Both the position numbers and the translations under genes were made by a program. A stretch of DNA of 64,000 nucleotides from Raillietiella orientalis (lineage: Eukaryota). How positions within the stretch are numbered: the stretch's first letter is position 1; each line of letters begins with the position of its first letter. Shown here one piece after another: positions 37,850 to 51,559 of the stretch. Under the pieces are notes generated by a model, which saw only the letters and a program-made list of their open reading frames with translations, had not been told where the DNA came from and made no database searches. The DNA lies in assembly GCA_036172245.1 (NCBI GenBank), contig JAYWIR010000072.1, positions 1-64,000 on the forward strand. Reading direction: 5' to 3'.

Positions 37850-38591
37850 TACTGTGGGAGCGCACGAGGTCGAGAGGCTCCCACGAGGTTTTAAGAAGGC
37901 GGCGGAGGAATTCGCGGCCACTTTAATGCAGCTGCCTAAGTCTGTATAGAAGGCCGTGAGACGTCCGGCGGAAGCCAAAGGAGCGGAAACTTCTGAGTCC
38001 GAGGCGAAAGCCGGAAACGCTCCCACCGTCGCCCTCCCGAAGAGGAAGGCGGGCCGTAGGTCCCGCAAACCTATGCGCGTTGCTGCCCCGCAGGCTGAGG
38101 AGGAGGAAACGCGCTCGGGTAGCGAGGAGGCGATGTTTGCGATGTCGCGTGATCCCTCCCTAAAAAGCGTCCGGTCCGATCTTCCGTTCGACCTAATTCA
38201 GGCTGCTGACGTTCAGGTCGTTGCCGAAACGCCGACTATGCAGGTGGACATCGACCAGCCGACTCCCGAACAGGAGCCCGCAACACAATCGCCAGCATCA
38301 TCATTAGCATGATCCGTGGAATCGCTTCTTACCGGTAGCTGCGTTTAGGCTGTTGGAATGTCAACGGGCTGCGTAGCGAAAGCAAGAGGCGTAGCATGGC
38401 CGACACCCTGCGACCTTTCCGTCTGGCTCTACTCCAAGAGGTTCACCCTCATAGGGGAGATAACGTACAGGAAATCGAGAGGCTCACAGGGGTGAGGCTA
38501 CATTCGCGTTCCGGTGGAGACCATTCCCGAAAAGTGGTCTTTCTGCTGAAGCCAGACGTCGCAAATGCGATGCGCACTGTACACTTCGATG
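37850..38591 (+). mobile_element. LINE fragment: ORF1 C-terminus plus EN start
   Basis: ATGA stop-start overlap at ~38309-38312; CWNVNGLRS, ALLQEVH. Confidence 0.88.
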
Positions 38592-39180
38592 TTTTTACCC
38601 GGTCAAACAGAGACGTTTATTAAAAAACCTTACAGAATTTGCGGTGCAAGGACCCGCTGCGGCCAATAAATCTAAGGAGCTGTCGCGTGGACGGAGCACA
38701 TACCGACTTGACACTCCACGTCAAAGGATGGACATTGAAGAAAAAAATATAAATAAGAAAAAAGAAAAATTAAAAACACTAGTCATTTGGAGGGTCAAGA
38801 ATGGATCATTCTCCGTTGTGGGGAGGCTGCATCCTTTGCAGTATGCTGACGAGGTTTTCGTAGAGATTTCTTAGTTGGGGCCGTCGGGATGCTATTCACA
38901 GAAAGCGAGCAGAATACTCCATGACGTTCTCTCCGTTAACATCCTCTGCTTCGTCGAATGCAGTACAAGCTGCCACAATGCCGGGTACGCAGCACAGAGC
39001 TGCCATTACAACGGCTGGCTGCAGGGCGTCTCGCACGATGAGAAGCCGAAAAACGTCTCTGGGATGGTTATCTTCCAGGATTCCTAAGGTGGAACCGAAG
39101 CATCATCACAGGGGCCGAAAAGCATCACAATCAACTAAAGGGTGCGGAAGGCTTTCCGCTCTCCACATCGGCCACAGTTG
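38592..39180 (-). mobile_element. LINE 3' tip (Zn finger plus 3' UTR)
   Basis: CGRCGERKAFRT..VDC, RDALQPAVVMAALCCVPGIVAA; 3' terminus tttttacccggtc...cgtttatt. Confidence 0.85.
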
Positions 39181-39189
39181 CGCTTCATA

Positions 39190-41865
39190 CCTGTGTCCTT
39201 CTAGGGAGCGGAGGTGGTTTGGCATTGCTCAGCGGTCTAGTTAGTGCGAAGGTATTCGGTGCTTTTGTCTGGTGTGTAGGAGCGCCGGTGCCCCACGAAA
39301 CAAATGCCTGAGGACACCGCGATGGAAATCAGGGGAGGAGAGGTGACTTCCTCGCCACCACCCATGAAAGTGAGGGTGTCCGCCCACAAGGAATCCGGGG
39401 CACTTGCCCCATCGGATTCGGGGGAAACCGTCCCTTCGCGACCCTCTTCGGCAGCGACGAGGAGTTGGAGTGCCGTCGTTCCTGCAATATCCCCTGCTGC
39501 AATAGCGGAGCAGATTGCCTACAAGGACAGCGGCTACAAACCGTCGCTGAACCACAAGGTAGGCAGCGTGTTCGACGAGAAAATTGCACGCTAATTTCAA
39601 ATGGAGTAGCAAAGACTGAACGTGAGGGACGAAGACATCGAAGGCCTCTCCGTCCTTAGTGGGGGGCACGGCTTGAGCTGACTTGCACAGAGGCAAGTCT
39701 GGAACAGCGCCTGCTAAACAACCCCATTACGGTAATCGCCGCAGGATCTTCCCTGTGACAGAGGACCGGTCCGTCGTGGTCCACCTCACGGGCGTATCAC
39801 TCCGAATGGACAAAACCAGCGTCCATAAGAAGTTGTCAAAACACAGCAGTGTGCACGCGTATTGGGCCAAATCCAATGTGGTCGGAACGTACGAAAGGAT
39901 ATTCAGTGAAATGGCCGCTGCCCGCGTCGCAATACCGGAGAATAATGGGTTTCCCCACAAACTAAATATCGGCGAAGAAAAAGTCGATGTTAGGTGCGTG
40001 GGAAAGCCCCAGTATTGTAGCAATTGCAATGCTACAGGGCACTTAAAAAAGCTGTGCCATAACATCCAATGCCACTTATGTGGAAAAAAGGGCTACATCC
40101 GCAAGGTGTGCCCAAAAGAGAAATCCCGGTCCCTTTCGCTGCCAAAAAGGCAAAAGGGAAACAATCGAGAGAGACAAATACCATGGAGCAGGCTGTAAGG
40201 AGCCAGATGCCAGTCCCTAAGCCATTCCAGCAAACGTAAGTTCAGAGCACTCCCGACGACGCTCGCGACGGCGAAGGCTGGCAGATGGTACAGCCCAGAT
40301 GGAAGCCTGGGAGTAACAAACGATGCGCGGGGAAAACAAAAACGCAGCGCAAAAAACCGTGCCGCGAAAAACTCCGCTCTTCTTCAATAACATTAGAGCG
40401 TGTGGAGGCACTCGATGCCACCACCGGGCGAGCAATTCCCCCCTTGCGTCCACCGAAGCTACGACGGTCGATGACGAACCCTCTGGAGAAACAGAGGGGG
40501 AACCAGGCGCCGCGCTCAACGCGATCAACGAGGCCGCCTTCCAGCAGGCGGTGGAAGAACTCGAGGCAGAACTGCAAGGCCGTGAGAAGAAGTCGCGGAT
40601 AGGCTTACCAAGACCGGCCGCGAGGAAGAATCCGGATGCAGGAACTGCGTCCTCAACGGAGGCGCCACCAAAGATGACGGGACGCAAGTCCTAGAATCCC
40701 AGGAGGTCCGTACGGATCAAGAAGGAGGAGCATGAAATGGCACCCGAGGGGGAAGCCGGCAACGTGAGACGCGAGGGTGGGAATCTCTCATTCCCAGACA
40801 CCGTGCAGCTGGCGACCCTCATGGAGGAGGAAGTACAGGTGGGTAAAACCCTTCTTCCTCTGCACGGCCCTAAAGAAGGCTCGGCCTCCATGAAGGAGGG
40901 AGAAGCGGTGCGCAACGCACCCCCTCCTCCTAGCGTCCCGCCCCAAAAGGTGGCGGGAGCCCAATTGTTACTTTCCCAGGATTTACATCTGGACTCGCCT
41001 GTCGCCGTAGGAACCGCGTAGCTTGCTGGAACGTCAACGGGCTGCGCGACGACGGAAACAGGCGGGATTCGGCCGACACCCTGCGCGACTTCGAACTGGC
41101 GCTCCTGCAGGAGATCCACGTGATCACCGCGGAGAACGCCCAAGAGATCGAAAGGATCGCAGAGGGTCGTCTGTTTTTGCAATGCGGCGCTCGCAACACC
41201 TGTGGCATCACCTTTTTTATGAAGCCAGCAGTCGCCGCCTTCGTCAAGGACGTACGCTTCGACAACGACAGTCGGGATGGCCAGCTCATCCTTAGGTGAT
41301 CCGACTCGATCGACCATGTCGTGACCAATGTTTACGCTTTGAGCTAGGGATGCGGGTACGGGGAACGTTTCCGGTTCCTCGAAACTCTGATGCGGGACTG
41401 GCTGGCGGAGACAAACGTACGCAAAGTGCATCTGATCGGTGATGATTTCAACATCCGCCTGCTCTCATGTGTGCCTTGCGAACAAAAAGACGCAGGCAAC
41501 GAGCTGTGCACTGCTATGCGCACGCGCAACTTGTTGGGGGACCTACCGGAAATTGTCCAAAGCGTAGACCACGTCTTGCTTGACGCCAACCTGTGCCCAC
41601 GGGTCAGCAGACGAGGGAAACTTCCGTCGACGCTATCGGACCATTTCCGGTTGATATTCGAGCTTATGCCTCGCGACAAAGGACCACCATCCAGAGCGTC
41701 TCGTGTCCCTCGGGGACAGAACGCGCATCTCGGGTGCGGCGGAACATCTCCGCCAAGTACTGGGAGGCGTCATCCTCCGGAATCTCTAATTCTAAGACCG
41801 CATGGTTTCGGTCCGCGAGCTCTGCGAGGAGTTTTCTGTGCACAGCCTGCCCCAGGGATTTGGTG
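39190..41865 (+). mobile_element. LINE 5' half: ORF1 plus EN, interrupted at the GFG site
   Basis: MPED start at 39305; GYKPSLNHKVG; CSNCNATGHLKKLC and CHLCGKKGYIRKVC; ALLQEIH, IGDDFN, LSDH. Confidence 0.92.
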
Positions 41866-43030
41866 TTGTCACCCGGGTACGCTTGGAGCGTTGATTTCAA
41901 AAAAACTCTCTACCATCGGTGGTATGAGGTTCCACTGCGGCCTTAGACACGCCACTTGTCGAGACACCAGGACGCAGCCCGACGTGGTACTCCCCGACAG
42001 CAAAAGGGGATAAAGGAAAAAACAAAAAGAAAAATCAAAGGCATAAACAAACAGAAAAAAAAAAAAAAAATTTGGAGGGAAGGGAAGTGATCACGGGACG
42101 CTATGAAGAGGGCCCATCCGTCGAAGGAAGCCCTCTAGGTCTGTTCGCATTCTTCCCAGATGTGGCCATCGGGCAGCTCTCCGCAAGAAGCGTACTGCGT
42201 GCTGGAAGACTTCCCTCTCGTTCCAATCTACATCTTCGCTGCTGGCATCGCTCCATGCCGCCACGATGCCTCGAACGCAGCACAGGACTGCAAGGGCTGC
42301 TGCTGGCTGCAAGGCGTCCCGCAGGAAGAGGAGGCGGAAAACGTCTCTGTGTTCACTGCCCGTAGGGAGCCCGAGGGTCGTCCCGAACCGTTCGCAAAGG
42401 GGTAGGAGGGCATCACAATACAATATAAGGTAGAGGAGCGACTTCCCCTCCCCGCACCTTGCACACTCAGGCCTTACACTTCCCCGCGTCCAGTGGAAGC
42501 GGCGCGCGTTGCAGGGTAGACCCCAGTGCAACAGTAGCAGCGCCGTCTCTTGCCACTTTAGAGGAAGAAGCCTGGATCCGATGAGAACTGGAGGCCACTT
42601 CAGGTCATCCTTCGGGATGCCGAGCAGCTCAACCCATCTCAGAAATTCACGCGGGGGGGCACTAGGGGTCGTGGCGTCTGCCAGTTCTCCCATGGTCCAA
42701 CCGCTCATCTTTTTTTCTTTTCCTGCGATTCGGCAGGAAACTTGTCACTTTGGCGTCCAGCCGCTGGTTAGCGCCTACCGTAGGAAGAAAGCGTCGAACC
42801 TGAAGGGGTGGTCTTCGCCTACGTGCTTCTTGCGGGACAATCCAGAGTGCTCCGTAGGGTGCAGCAGGCGTTGGGGCCGAATCGCAGGCGGTTGCAATTT
42901 TCGGTTCCTGGGTTGTTCAGGTTGGCCCACGTCGCAACGGATTCCTCCAGCCATGCGGAGGAGTTGGCGGCGCTGCATAACGTCCAGCCGTTTTCTTTCA
43001 CTAGGGCTTCGATGCGTCCAAGGAGGAGGC
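41866..43030 (-). mobile_element. LINE subfamily D, 5'-truncated 3' part
   Basis: ORF 42091-42708 closely matches 60340-61000; CARCGEGKSLLYLILYC. Confidence 0.92.
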
Positions 43031-43099
43031 CGCATCTCCTGAATTTCCTGCCGGGGCACAGAAGGAAAGTCGCGAGTCCTTGCGTCGTGCATACACGGC

Positions 43100-45640
43100 T
43101 GGCGAGGATGCGGGCTGGAGCGCACCAGAGCGTGTTCCATGTCTTGGATGAAGGAAGAGGATTTTGGCAATGGTAAGGGAATCAGGCTGATGCTCTTTGT
43201 TTATGGGTTCTTTGGCTGTTGGGTTAATTTCCAGGCTTGACGCTCGGCCCGGGCTTGATCTTCGGTCAGGCGACGGACATTGGAGGTCCTCTCGTACCGT
43301 CGGGCCTGTAAATAGGCCGTATGGTTGCGAGCCCCCTCCTTAAATCCGTGGCGAGCGGACGGGTTTTTCCTTCGCTCCCCAGTGAGTCGACAGGAAGCGG
43401 GTGTTTTGTGGTGTTTTTTGTGTGGAACATCTTTGTTTTCCGATATGAGCGATGCCTGAGGAAATCACGATGGAGGGGAGCCTTGCCTACCCCCACAGCC
43501 TACAGAAAAAGGGGCGTACGCCCCGGAATCGCCCTCGCCTCCCAAGGCGAGGAGCTGGAGCACCATCGTGACCGCGCCTAGCGAGCAGGCCATGGCCTAG
43601 ATGGTGGCCTACCGGACAGCTGGGTACAAGCCCAGCTTAATGTACCAGGTAGGCAATCTCTTTGACGGGCGAACTGCACGCGCTTTTTCGAAGGCGCTGC
43701 AGAACGCCAACGTATTAGAGAAGGATATTGACGGTCTATCCGTGCTCAGCGGGGATCAGCGCGTCGAGGATGTCTGTAAGCACATCACCTTTGCGCAAAG
43801 CTTTATCACTACCCCGCTGAATGTGGACATGCGCAAGATCCTGCCAGTCATGATGGACCGCTCCGTAGGGGTCCATCTGACTGGTATCACCAGCCGCATG
43901 ACGCGGTATGCGGTTGGTGATTAGCTGAAAAAATACGGCGAAGTACACGCGCTATGGCCAAAGGCCACAATCTTTGATGATTACGATAGCCTTTTCGGAG
44001 GGCAGGCCGCCGCGCGTGTGACAATTAAGAAGGATAGTGGGCTTCCCCACAAACTAGAGGTTAATGACGAAGTCTTAGAACTCTGGTAAGTTTGGCAACC
44101 CCGCTTTTGTGGCCACTGCAATGCAGTAGGACACCTTCGTAAGAGGTGCCCGAACATTGTGTGCCACTAATGCGGGGAGAAGGGCAACGTGCGTCGCGTG
44201 TGCCCTAAACTCCGCACTCCGGTGCCGCCTGCCGCCAAGAAAGCGCAGGTAAAACGCGGAAAATTGATCGAAAGACGAAAAAGAGATACTGGCCGCCAGC
44301 AACCGCAAGCCCTTGTTCCTCTTACACAGGCGTCGCAAGAAAAACCTTCCGAAGACGCGGGATTCCAGGACGGCTGGAAGCTGGTTAAGGCCAGAAAGGA
44401 AAACAGGGTGCCCCCGCGGAACCCGCGAAGGCGGTAAAAAAGACCACCGGCAAGGTGAAAAAAACCTGGGATGCGCTCCAAGACTCTGCGTGAATGTACG
44501 GTGGCACTGGAACGCATAGCCGTTCCCGAGACTGCCACCCGGGGCGACGAACCTCCCATCGCCGTTTCCGCCGTGCCCGAGGTTCGCGAACGCGAACCCT
44601 CTGTGCAAACAGGAGCAAACGGTCCAAGCCGAAGAAACTGCGTTCGCGCAGGCGGCGGAAGAGCTTGCGGCCACGCTGGCAGACAGTGAGAACCACTCAC
44701 CCAAGGCCGTGTGAAGGCCGGCTCCGGCGAAGAAGGCCCCACAGGTGAGTTTGATCTGAAGGCCGAAAGTACATCCTGCTCCTCGAAGGCACCCTTCAGG
44801 AAGTCGGGAAGGAATTCCCAGAAACCCAGGAGGCACCTCCCGTCCACAAGCGAGGAGGAGAATTAGGAAGGTAGCGGAAGCGTGGGAATCCCGGAGGGGG
44901 AACTCTCACCCTCGGAAGCCGTCGGGCCGGCCACCCAATGGAGGAGGGTGAGCAGGGGGACGAAGTCCTCCCTGCAGTCGCCGAGGATGAACAGCACCTC
45001 CCATGGAGGAGGGATAACAGGTAGGCGCCAATCCACCTGAGGGTGACCCGCTCGAGGCGCCGTTACCCATGGAGGGGGGGGAACAGGTGCAGTCAGCGCC
45101 TTACCCTCCTCCTCCACCTTTCGCCCAGCCCCAACAGGTGGCAAACGGCGCATCGCCATCTTACCAGGAGTAACACCTGGGCTCGCTAGTCGCCATCGGA
45201 TTCGCGCAGCCAGTTGGAACGTAAACCGGCTGCGCGACGACAAAAACAGGCGAGATACGTCCGACACCCTGCATGAGGTCGACCAAGCCCTGTTGCAGGA
45301 GATCCACGTGATCACGGCGGCAGACGCCCAGGAGATCGAGACGATCGCGAGAAGTCGGTTGCATTAAAGATACGGCCTCCTCAACACCTGCGGGGTCGCG
45401 TTCTTCGTGAAGTCAGCCACCGAAGCTGCAGTGAAGGGCGTGCGCTTCGCTGGCGACGGTCGGGTCGGTCAGCTGATTCTCAGCTGGTCCGACTTCATCA
45501 AACTGATCGTCACGAATGTGTACGCACCCAGCGGAAAACAAGGATACAGCGACCGCACTAGGTTACTGGAATCCCGGAAGCGCGACTGGCTGGCGGAGAC
45601 AAACGAACTGAAGGCTAACCTGATAGCGGGAGATTTCAAT
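43100..45640 (+). mobile_element. LINE subfamily D 5' half: 5' region, ORF1, EN to GDFN
   Basis: MPEE start at ~43452; GYKPSLMYQVG; CGHCNAVGHLRKRC; NVYAPSG, IAGDFN. Confidence 0.9.
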
Positions 45641-45645
45641 CGAGT

Positions 45646-47505
45646 GCGGACGTGTTTTTCTTCGCTCTCGTCTCCGTGCTTTCATCCGCTTCATCTTGGC
45701 GTCGTACATTTTGACGACGATATCGACCCAACTCGAAGCTACTGAAGTTGGAGGAACACCATCCGGATCTGCAATCGCGGAACCGACGGCCGCCTCCACT
45801 TCGTCTTTCTCGCCAATCGAGAGGAGTTTTGCTGACGTTGCTGCCACAGCAGCCGTCAAAGGGAAACCACTCGACGAGTCGGAGTTGCGGGCATACGTAG
45901 CCCAAGACTATAGACCTGCCCTCCGATATAAGGTGAGTGGTTTTCTTTCTGCGCGCGACGGGAATCAGTTCAACGATGAACTGACCCGTGCTGGCGTGCG
46001 GGAGGGGGACCTCCTCGCTATTATGCCCGTAAAGGATATGGGTTATTTCGAGGTGCGTTGCAAAGACGCTGCACTTGTGCAACGCTTGCTGCGCACCCCT
46101 TTTTCGATCCGTGGCCAGAAAGTCTTCCCGGCCGCCATGGACAACTCATTTGTGGCGGAGATTTTCGAAATCAAGTCGGAAATCTCGGATATTGATATTG
46201 GGAACGCGTTGGCGAAATTTGCCACGGTCCATGCGCTGTGGAGGGTGCGTAGCAACCTCAAGGACTTCCCGTCCATACACAGCGGAGTCGCTGGAGTTCG
46301 GCTTACAATGCCGGACCGCCGTCTGCTGCACACCAAACTACAGGTGAAGGACACGGTCGTTCACCTGTGGTTCGTGGGCAAAGTAAGAACGTGCGAGCAA
46401 TGCGGGAAGGAAGGGCATTGTTTGGATAAATGCCCCTCTGGAAAGTGCCGCTATTGCAAACTATCCGGGCACCAATTGAAAAATTGACTGGATCTTCTGC
46501 GAAAAAAGGCAGCCGAGGAGCTCCATCTTAAAAAACAAAGCGCGGATAAAAAGAAAAAATCTGCGAAAAACCTGCAGACACCGCGGCAGAAATTCCGTGC
46601 AAACGCTAGGCGGAATGTCGCCCCAAAGCAGCAGGAAACCTCGCACGCGAAGCCCTGCGCGCCCCCTCTCGCGGCAAGGGAGCCGCAAAAGAAAGGGTGC
46701 GGGGAATCTGGGCAATGGTAAGTCCATCTAGGCACAATAGCTGTCCTTCCCAAGAACGCCCGGCTCTTTCGGAGTTCGAGCAACCGGCGGGGACGTCAAT
46801 GGACAACGGCGGTAAGGACACTTCCAGTACAGTCAGATCTATTCCTTCACCTCCTGCAGTGGCTGAGAAGCCCGAATCCGGTAAGAAGGGTTGTGCCGTG
46901 TCGACTTCGAAAGTCGGCAAAAAAAAATCCGCGTCGCGATCCTACACCGCGAAAGCGGAGAAAAATCTCAAGCCGTCGCAATCGGAGAGCAAGCTCTCGA
47001 CTGGCGCGGATGCCATGCCAACGAAGGGATTAAAAGCCCTTCCGAAGGCAGCGTCCATGACGAGCGTGTCAGAGCCATCGAAAGTGCTCCCCTCCAAAGA
47101 CGCATATGGCTTTAAAGATGGCAATGGAGCACAATCTCCATTTAAGGCGTCACGCGAAGTGAAAAATAGTAATGCAGTGAAGAACACTTCAGCAAAGGTC
47201 CCTCGTGCAACTGCGCGTGAGCACGCTAAAAACGCACGCGCCGGGAAAGCAGCCGTCACCAAAAGCGATGCTCTGGTGACCGATAACGAAAACAGGACAG
47301 CTGTCAATCCAGCAGAACCTGTCACTATTTCCCGGAAGGCCGAAACCCGATCGAACATGCGCCGGTCGAACTCCGAAATGGATGCCGTTCCGATCACCGA
47401 GACGAGGACAACTCGTTCAAAAGCGTGTGCGAGCCGATCAAAAGTGGGCAGCCAGGCAACGCTCGCCGCGAAGCAACGCGAAGTTCTTACGAAACCCGAA
47501 GGGGT
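45646..47505 (+). mobile_element. Divergent LINE subfamily: 5' end and ORF1 with a long Lys/Ser/Ala-rich tail
   Basis: 5' motif gcggacgtgtttttc; DYRPALRYKVS, KFATVHALW, CEQCGKEGHCLDKC and CRYCKLSGHQLKN(stop). Confidence 0.88.
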
Positions 47506-49665
47506 TTTTCACCCAAGTAAGCCGGCGCTTTTATTACTAAAATTCTGATATTACAAACTTTTGTAATAAGGTCCTTGTTGTTAAAAAAGGAATTTCCTTT
47601 TTCGGACGTCAGACGTTCATTGAAGTAAAATAGCACTTGTCTTTATCGACCCGGAGGCCGATAAAGTCCTTCACTGGCGCCGGGACGGGGAAAATAAACA
47701 GAAAACAAAACAAAAAAAGTAAAACGTCTGGAGGGCAATGTTTTTGGGTAGCGGGAGCAAGGGAGAGGATTTCCGTGCGCCGTGAGCAGGCCTCTGCATC
47801 CGATTTCGTATGTTCACAAGTGCCATAAATGTTTTTGAAGTCGGCGTTTAACGGCCGGCTTTCCCCGAGGAGATCGCTGCCCAGATGATGGCATTCCGGC
47901 TGGTTCTTCCTCTCCTAGACGCGGTCCACTTCTCCAGGATTCCGCGTATGCAGCAGAGCACTGCTACGCTCCCGGAGGCTGGCAAGCCGTCTCGCGTCAA
48001 AAGGCGTCTAAATAAATTTTTCGGGTCACCCTCCCGGATGTTGAGGATCGACGAGAGTCTGTCCCACATTTTGTGGAGGGCAACACACTCCAGAATCATG
48101 TGAGGGAAGGTCTCCCTTTCCTCGCACTCTACACAACTAGCATCCACATTCCCCGATGTCCAGCGAGACAGGCGTGCTCTGCTTAAAAGTCCCCAGTGGA
48201 GCAGAAGCAACGTTGTCTCCTGCCACTGCAGGGGAAGGGTGCCGTTGTTTCATGACGCTGGGGGCCACTTCACCTCCTCCGGAGGTATACCGAGCAGCGC
48301 GCTCCAGCGTAAAAGTCCGTTCGGCGGGACACACGGGGTAGTAGCGTCCGCTAGTTCCCTCGGCGTCCACGCCTTTAGTGATATTTTCCTGCCTCCGATG
48401 AGGCAGGACACTTTCCACGATGCCAGTTGGTGGCTGTCCCGAACTTCCCCTAGGGAGGGCAGCACTGGGACAAGGGGAGTGAAGGAAGCCCACAGAAGTT
48501 TCCGTGAGTTGGAAACGATCTCCTCGAGTGACTGACCAGCGTGCCTCCCTCTGCGGAGGCAGGAGAAGTCCTCATCGCTGGTGCCATTGATCTTCGCCCA
48601 TGCGGATACGGACTCCTGAAGCCAGGTAGTCCAGTCCGCTGGGATGCAGGAGATCCAAGGGTTGTCTCTCAGAAGGGCAACCAAATCCCGCTGCTGATAA
48701 CCACAATGGTTCAGGCTGCGTTCGTTGGCTACCAGGATTGAAGTCTATCCGGAGCAGCCGGTTGCCCTGTGAGCAAGGATTCTTGCTGGTGCACACCAGG
48801 GTGCTGTCCAAAACTTCGCCACAAGGGCAAGTTTTCTGAATTGGAGCTGTCGCTTCATGCGCTCCAACGTCAGGAGACCAAGTAAACCGTCCCTGCGTGG
48901 AGCGCACAAGTCTTTGAACCGGACACCAGCCCACCGATTGCCCCAGAGGGCTTTCCATATAAGGCTCTAGTCCGTGTTCTAATTTGATACGCGGTAGGGC
49001 ACACAAAAAGTAGGGGGCGAAGGAGAAGGGCCGCCAAAGCGTTCCATAGCGTGGCCCGTTCCTGCAAGTGCAACTTGCTTTCCAGGAACGGGCCGATCGC
49101 CAGCTCCACCTTTTGTAGACGGTCGCACCAGGCTTCTGCAGAGTAGAAGTCCCCCAACGGAACGCCAAGGTACTTGATGTACCTGCCCGTGGATATCCCC
49201 AAGCGGATCCAGTCGGACCGTCCGGCACTCGTCGAGTCGGTGAGAAGCAACGACGTCTTCGTCCTGTTTACCTGGAGGCCTGTCCCACGGTATAGCATCT
49301 TGAAGAAATCCTCGAGCACCGATGCCGGGTTGGACCCGGGAAGCAGGAGCAGAAGATCGTCGGCATAGGCCGACACAACAGGCGTGCCGGGACACGAGCT
49401 CGGCAGGGTTGCCAAAGTCTCCCTGTATGCTCTCAGCACCAACTCAAAGTAGATGCTGAAGAGCAGGGGGCTGAATCTGTCACCCTGCCGGATGCCACGA
49501 CGCAACGGCACGCCATATACCTTTTGGCCGCTGAAAGAGACGGTAATCATCGCATTCCGCCAGCAAGAGCGCAGGTAAGAAATGAGGGAGGGTGGGAAGC
49601 CCTTGAGAGCCAGGAGCACCAAGAGGAATTCCTAGTCTACACAGTCGAACGCCTTGCGTGCTCCA
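47506..49665 (-). mobile_element. LINE subfamily B, from RT motif KAFD to 3' end
   Basis: RRGIRQGDRFSP, SAYADD, CVECEERETFPHMILEC. Confidence 0.94.
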
Positions 49666-49667
49666 AG

Positions 49668-51304
49668 GCGGACGTGTTTTCTCGGTGCTCCTCGTGGCAG
49701 GAAGTCTCCCCCAGTGCAAGCGTCGTGTGGCTCGGCGGTTAGAGCTCCAACAAGGAAGGAGCATAATAAGCAACGGGAATTCCGGTGCGTCCGTCACTGG
49801 GGGACGGGATGGTCGGGGGGGGAGGAGCCCTCGCGGTCGCAGTCGATTTGCATTAAGCATTCGATTGCGTATACGAGAATCTCCTTTTGGAGCTCCTGGA
49901 ACGCTTGGGCTTCCCGGCCTCTTTGCTGGCCTACCTGCGCTCCAGCTGGCGCGACGCGCTTATTAATGTTTTTTTTAGTGGATCCACCGTGTACGGCGTA
50001 CCGGTGCGATGCGGCATACGGCAGGGAGACAGCCTCAGCCCCTTGCTCTTCAGCGCCTTTCTAAAATTGGTGCTGAGATCGTATAGGGCGACTCTGACGC
50101 TCCTGCCGCGCGAATGTCCCAGTACACCTGCGGTTTTGGCATACGCGGACGACCTTCGGCTGCTGCTGCCTATGTCCACCCCGGCTGCGGCGGTCGAGGA
50201 GTTCTTGGACCTGCTGAGTCGGGTAACAGGACTGACGGTGAACAGGGCGAAGTCGTCCGTAATGCCAGTCGGAGCGGCGTGGGTACGGCAGCAGGACTGG
50301 GTCCGTTTGGGGATCCCCACGGTCAGGTACTTCAAGTACCTTGGTGTGCCGTTGGGGGACTACTCCCCTGCGGAAGCGTGGTCCGGCTGCCTTCAGAAGG
50401 CTCAGGCGGCGATCGGCCCGTTCCAGGACGGCAGGTTCTACCTGCAGGAACGGGCCGCGGCGTGGAACGCGTTTGCGGCCCCCCTCCTTCGCCCCTTGCT
50501 TTTTGTTTGCCCCCCCTCAGCGGAGTCAAAGAACAGGACGGAGGACCTCCTGAGGATCGCCCTTTGGGGCAGAGGGAGGCCCCGAGTCGGTCTTTCGGAC
50601 TTGTGCGCTCCTCGTCGGGATGGTGGTCTGGGCCTCCTGACGTTGGAGCGGCTGGAGCTACAGCTCCAGTTCCGAGTTGTTGCCTTTATGGCAGAAAATT
50701 GGTGCACCCCTTGGTGCCTCCCTGCACGTCTCCTCGTCGAGCGGGCCACCGGCAATGCGGGACTCTCGTCCTACTTCGCACTCCGAAGCCCCATCTGCCA
50801 CTGCGGACTTCAACTTCGGAGGGCGGCCAAGCTCGTGAAGAACAACTCGGCGCGGATCCTCGTACCTCCCGCGAACGGTCCTGCCTGGCTGCAGGAAACC
50901 GTGCGCAAGTGGGCGATGATTCAGGAGCAGAGCCCGCCACACGAGCAAATAGCTCTGTTCAAGCCTCACGCTTACCACACGCTCCGAGAAATCATCGAGA
51001 ATCCCCGAAGGAGAGCGTAGGCACAAAGAACCTCCCTTGCTGCGGTACTGCCTACCCTACGGGAACATCTGGGCAGCGACGTCGCCGCACAATGGGAGGT
51101 TACTGTCAAGATCGCCAGCAGGGCAAAGAAAATCGGGGATTGGAGAACGGGTCAGCTCACCAACGCTGCGACCCCGAGGACCACCGCAAATGGACTCTTG
51201 CGCTGGGAAGAGCTACTGGATGTTCCAGAGGAACATTTCGAGTGGCCCCCAGTGCTCATGGACTCGCTCACCCTCCCCATAAAGTGGCAACAGTCGGCAC
51301 TGCT
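49668..51304 (+). mobile_element. Chimera: ~70-bp LINE 5' UTR fused to subfamily E ORF2 (left part of host split by the 51305-56811 insertion)
   Basis: gcggacgtgttttctcggtgctcc followed by RT ORF 49887-51020 (RQGDSLSP, AYADD); breaks at KWQQSALL. Confidence 0.92.
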
Positions 51305-51559
51305 TTTACACCCGGGTGCGCCGGGGCGTTTGTTTCTTTAATAAAAAAAAAAAAAAATAAACAAGCAAGTGTAGGGCTATCTCCCCTACAGTGTTCAGAA
51401 CATGTTCTTCTGAACTCGCCGAGTGGGCAGCACGCAGGTTCCCAAGGTCGACTCGGCAGCGGAGGGGGAAGGGACAAATAGAAAAAAACAAAAAGAAAAC
51501 ACTATTTACAAAAGCAGAGAGGGGTTGGGGAAGGGATCACGTTCCGCTGGAGACGTCCT

